Source of the DNA: Auanema rhodensis
Lineage: Eukaryota; Animalia; Nematoda
Direction: 5' to 3'
Length of the DNA: 64,000 bases
Assembly: GCA_964057225.1 (NCBI GenBank)
Contig: OZ059896.1
Coordinates: 6,820,001-6,884,000 of the forward strand
In this document: piece after piece, positions 57,669 to 64,000 of the stretch
How positions within the stretch are numbered: the stretch's first letter is position 1
How the letters are laid out: the number at the start of each line of letters is the position of its first letter
The notes under the pieces: model-generated
What the model was told of the DNA's origin: nothing
Seen by the model: the letters and a program-made list of their open reading frames with translations, nothing else
Database searches by the model: none
Translations under genes and position numbers: made by a program

Positions 57669-59168
57669 AACTTGACAGGATACGATTAGAGAGATATGAC
57701 TTTAAAGCAATTACTGGTTTAAGGAAAAGTGTCTCCACCCCGAATCTCGTAATTCTCTTTATAATTTTATTTTCATAATCATTGTATATAGTGTATAGTA
57801 GTATAGTATATAACTTGTTAGTTTTTCTTATTAATAAGTTCAAATATAAAAAAAAAAGAAAGATAAATTAAAAATAAAATTTTATAATTAAGTACAAAAC
57901 ATGATGGATATAATAATAATAATGAAAAATAAATTATATAAAAACATTATAAAACATATTTAAACTTTTAAATAATATAATCTAATAGTTTGTAATTTGT
58001 ACTCTTTCAATATTTCATAATATCTTTGAAAACTATGATTAAGATGAGGAATTTTTACATTGATATCTAGAACATTTCATTTCAATCACATCAATTTATC
58101 AGAAAATGTTGAGACAAACAATTAAAAAAAAACTTTTTTTACTGAAATCCTCCACAGCATATCTTATTGGAAAAGAAGTTGAGAAGAATATTTGTTGTTG
58201 AAGAATTATAATAATATATGTATAGTTATATGTATATGTATAATGCTTTTTCAAATATTTTAATAGAAATTTTCATTTTTATAAATAAAATAATTTATAG
58301 AATATCTTTATTTCAAAATAAATAATATTGAAATTACAATTAAATTATTAAAAAGATTTTCATGTTCAAGACTCTGGTCAATGCAAAGATTCGGATATTT
58401 TGTGCAAAACATTTTAAAGATCTCATGATAAGCATAGTTTGTGAAATATTTTAAGAATAAGCTGTGCATCTGTTTCAAACAATTTTTTTCTGTGAGAAAA
58501 TGAAATTACAATCACCTTCTGTATTTTATTCTCATTCTCTTTCAGAACAAAAAAAAACGATTTGGAAATGCAAAACAGTTTATGACGGAATGAATATCGA
58601 CGATCAGCAAGCCCATCGTTTTCTAACATCACCTCCTACACATCATTGCTGCCCTCTTTAACTTCTCTCATTTTGCTAAATGCCATGGGCTACAGCTGCT
58701 AGACAACTTCGAAGGTCCGAATGACTCTCTTATACTTGCTCTCACTTTCTGATATTCTCCTGTGAAACTGAAAGATATAGAGAAATAGATAGTTAAAGTA
58801 TATATGATTGATTAAATAGTATATGAAATGAAGAGATTTTGCAGAATCGAAGTAAGTGATCAGAGAAATTCAGAGACAGGATGAGAAAGAAGAAAGAGGA
58901 GGCGAAAGAAGAAGCTTTTTGTTGGTGTGCTGGCAGCCAGCTTGCCTACTTGCATCTGTCCCTCCTCTTCGTGGGCTGTGTATTTTTAGCGAACAATACA
59001 TCACACATATCTCAGAGATTTAGAAAAGTAAAGAAAAGAAAAGATTACATAACATTCGGAGGCAAGAAGTGAGAGCAAGAGAGATCGACAGAGAGTCAGA
59101 AGGAGATCAGTTCAGTTCGCTATCTGCTTATAGCTGGGGTCGTTCCCGACCCAACGACTCCATCTGAA

Positions 59169-59879
59169 ATGCCGGGTGCACCCCGATTCACACAGAAACC
59201 GTCCATTCAACAGACGTCTACGGTATGATATTCATAATCATCTATTACTGTTAGCCATCCTAATGATTGGCGTCAAGTTCATCTGATTCATGTTTTTTCC
59301 GTAAACAATTTCCAAAAAGAGTTGGAATTAGCGACGATATCATTATCAATGCTTGAAAATAGTTTAATTATATGAAAATAATATTTTAAGTCTTTCTCAT
59401 TTTTTTATTTTTTAAATGAAAAAATAATTATTCAACAACTACTAGTATTCCTTAATTATATAATATAATAATTATTTAATTTATATAAAACAAAGTTTAT
59501 TCCTAAATCTATTACTTGTCTAGCTTTATCCATGTCTATACTAAGCCATGTCTCTTCTTTTGATCAATGTAATATGGTTCTCTCTTATATAATTTACTTG
59601 TATACTATATAATATAATACATCTATATCATCCTTATCTCAGATAAAATGACCTTTTGAGGAAAAAATTTAAATTAATTTTGGCAAAAACATACTCGAAC
59701 GACTTCTGTGTTTGAACCTGAAAGAAAGTAGGTGCGTAGGTGGCTGACTTGGCGTGTCCGGCACGAACCAGCTGTTGCGCAACTTTCACTGTGTAATAAT
59801 CAAAATGCTTCTTCAATACCGTTTATTTACTTGTTGACAAATTAATTGATATATAAATATATTTGTTTAATAAAATGAA

Positions 59880-59912
<33 letters not shown>

Positions 59913-60949
59913 TATATATTTTTTTATATCAAAAAAATACAAAAAAATTTCTTTTTATAAATATATTTATTAAACAAATATATTTGTTATTTTGAAAAAA
60001 AAAACAACAGAAATATAATATTTCATTCTATTTAATATAATATTTATTATTTAAATTTTATTTTAAAAGTAAAATTTATTATCCAACTTTACAAAAATAT
60101 TGCAACATTCAGATTGCTCTTGCGAAGGTGACATGAAACATGGCACCAACTGCTTCATTAGAAGAATGACTATCTTGAAGACAAGTTAACTCGAAAATAG
60201 CTTACAAAAAAAGTTTTTTTTCGCACAAGTTTGAAAGAACGATGCTTGTTCCAATCTTTAAAACAATTATTTTTAAATTTTTTTGCTGTGAATTGTTAAA
60301 ACTCTTTCGTCTCTTTTTTGCATGTCTCACACAAAGTCAGATCATCACAGTAGTTGTAACGAAGAGCAGGCTCTAACTTCGCAGTATATGAGAATCAAAC
60401 AACATTCAAAATTCTTTATTTTTCTTATAATAGAAAATTAAATATATATTCATATAGTTAAATATAATTTTATTTTTAACTATAATATCAAAATAAAAGA
60501 AATATCTTTTCTATTCTTGAATTTCTTTTTTTTCCTCCACAAAATGAATATACAATAGTAATTTTGGTTTTTTTTCGGATGATGTTTGAAAGGACAATAT
60601 CGAATGATTGATTTTATATGAAATCTAGACGTTTTCAACACTGTTTACTATGATATGAAGATTTCTTTCCGTCTTTTTCGCCACGCGACACTCTTCACAC
60701 ACTTTGGAATGATGACATGACTATAGAGACAGTAGAGAATATGTTTGTCTGTGTGTGAGTTTTGTGAAGATATCTAGAGTATGATTAGAAAGGCGAGAGA
60801 ATGATGCAGGGAAGAAAATAGAAAGGGATATAAGGATAGTAAAGATTATTGATAGACTGTGTGTTATTGACTAGAACAGTTTCATGGAAAATATATGTGT
60901 GTATCTGAAAGAGAGAGAGATATATAGAGAGAGAGAGATATAGAGAGAG

Positions 60950-61007
<58 letters not shown>

Positions 61008-61469
61008 GTGAGGGGTGAAGTTGTCTTAACTAAACTCAACATAGAGAATTGAAGCAGTTAATCGGATACTTTTCTTGTTTTCTATGTTCCCATATCTCCT
61101 CATGAAATGAACTAAAAAGATGAAAAAGACTGAAGTTCAAGAGAACTATTTTCTGTAAAAATTCAAATAAAAGCTTTGAAAATGACGTCGTTTACATGAA
61201 ACATTCTGTTAGGAAATTAACATGAATCAAATGAATCATTGAAATAATTGAATCAAACAGTTAACATGTTTGATTCATTAAAATCAAAAAAATATATAAT
61301 TTTTCACAATTTACAGGGTGATCTGTTGATGGAATGTCAGCTAGAAGCAGATCCACAACCTACTATTTCATGGCAACACACATCTGTTGTCATTCCATCC
61401 TCAGCACGCGTTATTCAATCTCTATCAAATATTGGAGATAATCTATATAAAGCTTCACTCATTATAAAG
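59169..61469 (+). CDS. unc-22: twitchin, first two coding exons (59169-59222, 61317-61469); gene continues beyond the window
   Basis: MPGAPRFTQKPSIQQTST|GDLLMECQLEADPQPTISWQH...LYKASLIIK is the first Ig domain of nematode twitchin. Confidence 0.92.
60956..61003. repeat. (GA)n microsatellite
   Basis: Perfect AG repeat in unc-22 intron 1. Confidence 0.95.
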
Positions 61470-62808
61470 GTAATTATATACTATATACTATATATTTTTA
61501 TTTTTTTATGTTTTTTTTTGTAAAATTATTTTCCATTTTCCATTTTAATTTGCATATTACTCTGCTAAATATATTCTTTTATGTCTCATTTTCTTGTCCT
61601 CCGGACTTTTTCATTTTCTGTTTCGCCGCCAAAGTATTACACAACCTGCTGAGGATGCGGGCAACGAATGGCTTAAAGACACAAGTTAGATGAAAATGAG
61701 AACAAGGGAGGAGAAAAGTAAGAGAGAAACAAGAGCAAGAGGAGGCGACAACAGTAAGAAAGAGAGACAGACACATACTTTAACTGATTTCAATTTCTTC
61801 TCAACTAAATTGTGCCATCAGACATTGAGTGAGAGATGGACATCCGCTCAGAGAGGTATTGAGCTGAATATTGTAGGATAAAAAGAGAGAAAGAGAGAGA
61901 GAGATAGAGAGAGAGAAAGAATCGAGGGGGGCCCGATTTCAAATTTCATTTCGAACCTTCTCAGCTTATCCCTTCGAAGTTGGTAGTTCCCGACATTATC
62001 TACCTACTCTGCTTATCCCAGCTGTCTCCTTTTCCTTGTCTCTTTCATGCTCTATCTTTCGTCTTCTTTTCCCTTCCTGTCTCTCTTTCTCCCTCTATCT
62101 TTTCTCTTCTCTTTTCATCTTTCTATTACTAGATATCCATCCTTATCTCTTGTTCCTTTGGGCTTTGCTAGCGGTTGCCATTCTGCCTATCATCAAACGA
62201 ACGAGAAATCGTTGTTCATGATGTGAAATAATTGAAGACATTGTCTCGAATGAGAGAAAATCTGTAAGATAGTGAAAGGGTATTGAGCAGCAAACGAGGG
62301 GGAGGAGTGGGGGAGGCAGTTCAACATCAATTTGTTCAATTTTCAAAAAAAAAGAAAAAAAATTCCTTTCTCATGTTTTGAAAAGTTAACTATACTTTTT
62401 CCTATAGGCTAACAGGGTACATAAACAGTATATCATATGATTTGAAAAATATTAATTATATAACGAGGATTTATGCTTTATACATCTGTTCTCATGCACC
62501 ATCATTGAGTTGTACTTGAATATCAACTGATGAGCAATATCATCTATGAACTCCATGCTTGTTGCTAATTTCATTAAATTTCAAAGAAAGTTTATCACTT
62601 GTCTACTTATTATTAATGTACTTTTGTTTTCTCTTTTTCTCTGTATCTCTTATATTCATTTGATATTTTTTATTCTGTTTCTTCGTTTTACTGCTCTCAA
62701 CAGAAAACAGGCGACCAGTTCACAACATGACGTGATATTCTGGAAGACAGAATAGTATGTTGTGACAAAGTAGCTTGACGATGAGAGAGATAAAGATGTC
62801 TGTGTGTG

Positions 62809-62857
<49 letters not shown>

Positions 62858-63201
62858 AGGAGAATGAGAACGAAGTATAAGATCTCTATGATTATGAGAA
62901 GAAGCTTCAGATAGATCTTGCTTGTTCGTTGTCTCATCTCAAATTCAAGATAAGATGAGTGAGGAATGATGAAAAAACTGGAAGTGAACAATCAACTCTT
63001 AAGTGGGTAAAGACAATTGAACACCTCCATATAACAAAGTAAAATGTGATACATAGATGATTCATATCCTAATATTTATGTACATGTTATATAAATATTA
63101 AAAAAATATATAATATAATAAAGAATTATGAGAATATTGTTCTGAACATCTCCATGGTTTCAAGCTTCAAGATATGCTTCACAATTGGTACTATTATCTC
63201 T

Positions 63202-63239
<38 letters not shown>

Positions 63240-64000
63240 GAAATTTCTCTCTTTATTTCTCTCCAAATATATTTCTTATTCACTCTTATATGTTCATCTT
63301 TGTATTTCTTTCTTTCTTATCTGTCTCTTCATATTAAGATCATGCTCTTTGGTTTCAAACGTTATTCCAACAAGATATATTAATCTATATTGATTATAAT
63401 TTTATTTTCATTTATAGAATAATTATACATATTCATATATTTAAAAAACAAAAAAAAAATACAAAAAGATCATGAAGTTTTAAGAAAAATACTACAATAC
63501 TATCTGTTTGTCTAAAGATAATTGGATGCGGGAGCAGTGAGAGAAATGTGTTCGAAAATTTTTTTTTGTAATTTTCTGACGTACAGCTTGACCAAAATTC
63601 AATTAAACTATTTATTTACTTCATCTAAACTGAAACGATATCATGACATTAAGATTTATTATTGAAATGTAAGCTGAAATTTAAAAAAAAAAAGATTTTT
63701 TTCTTATAATTTTCATAAAAATCTTCTTATTAATTTATATTTCAAATAATTTAAATAAATGTAATAATCGATAGATTAACAATCTTTTTCTTGTTTTTCG
63801 TTTAGAAAGATTAATAAAAGTATAGAACATTTTAAGTTTTTGATGATGAAAGCTGATGCTTCTCAAATATTTTACTTGTACATTCATTCCTGACGATTTT
63901 TTTGTGTGAAAAAGAGCAAGTTTAAAAACAGGAGGGATAACTCATATCACTTCTGAACTGCGTAACCTTAGATACTTTCTTATCTTCCCTCTCTCTTTCT

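Noticed and set aside
58470-58477. CTGTTTCA piRNA (Ruby) motif
   Set aside because: It is an isolated 8-mer with no cluster.
60113-60127. 15-nt in-frame microexon (IALAK) in unc-22 intron 1
   Set aside because: It would interrupt the first Ig domain and has a weak donor.

Overview
This is AT-rich eukaryotic DNA from a rhabditid-type (clade V-like) nematode, with very short introns (mostly about 38-55 nt). In order it carries: the 3' part of trpa-1 (hosting mir-124 and an initiator tRNA-Met in introns), a dihydropyrimidinase directly behind unc-33/CRMP, tsg-101 and ced-10/Rac, a two-exon allatostatin-C/somatostatin-like neuropeptide precursor missed by the ORF track, mak-2 head-to-head with a full-length cereblon, U1A/U2B'' with HSCB/dnj-15, tkt-1, alh-3, an alpha/beta hydrolase, an SLC37 transporter, an orphan Ser/Pro-rich gene, a GNAT-like gene, a small acidic ORF divergent from unc-22, and the first two exons of unc-22/twitchin. 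From memory, most recognisable genes lie on C. elegans chromosome IV. The best leads are: (1) the hidden C-x6-C neuropeptide gene; (2) the tandem CRMP pseudoenzyme and DHP enzyme pair with shared intron positions; (3) frequent AAG 3' splice sites; (4) a cereblon with a rewired ligand pocket; (5) a possible positional spe-17-like gene; (6) paired miR-1 sites between two candidate poly(A) signals. All gene models were spliced and translated by hand, family assignments come from recalled motifs, and no database search was run.
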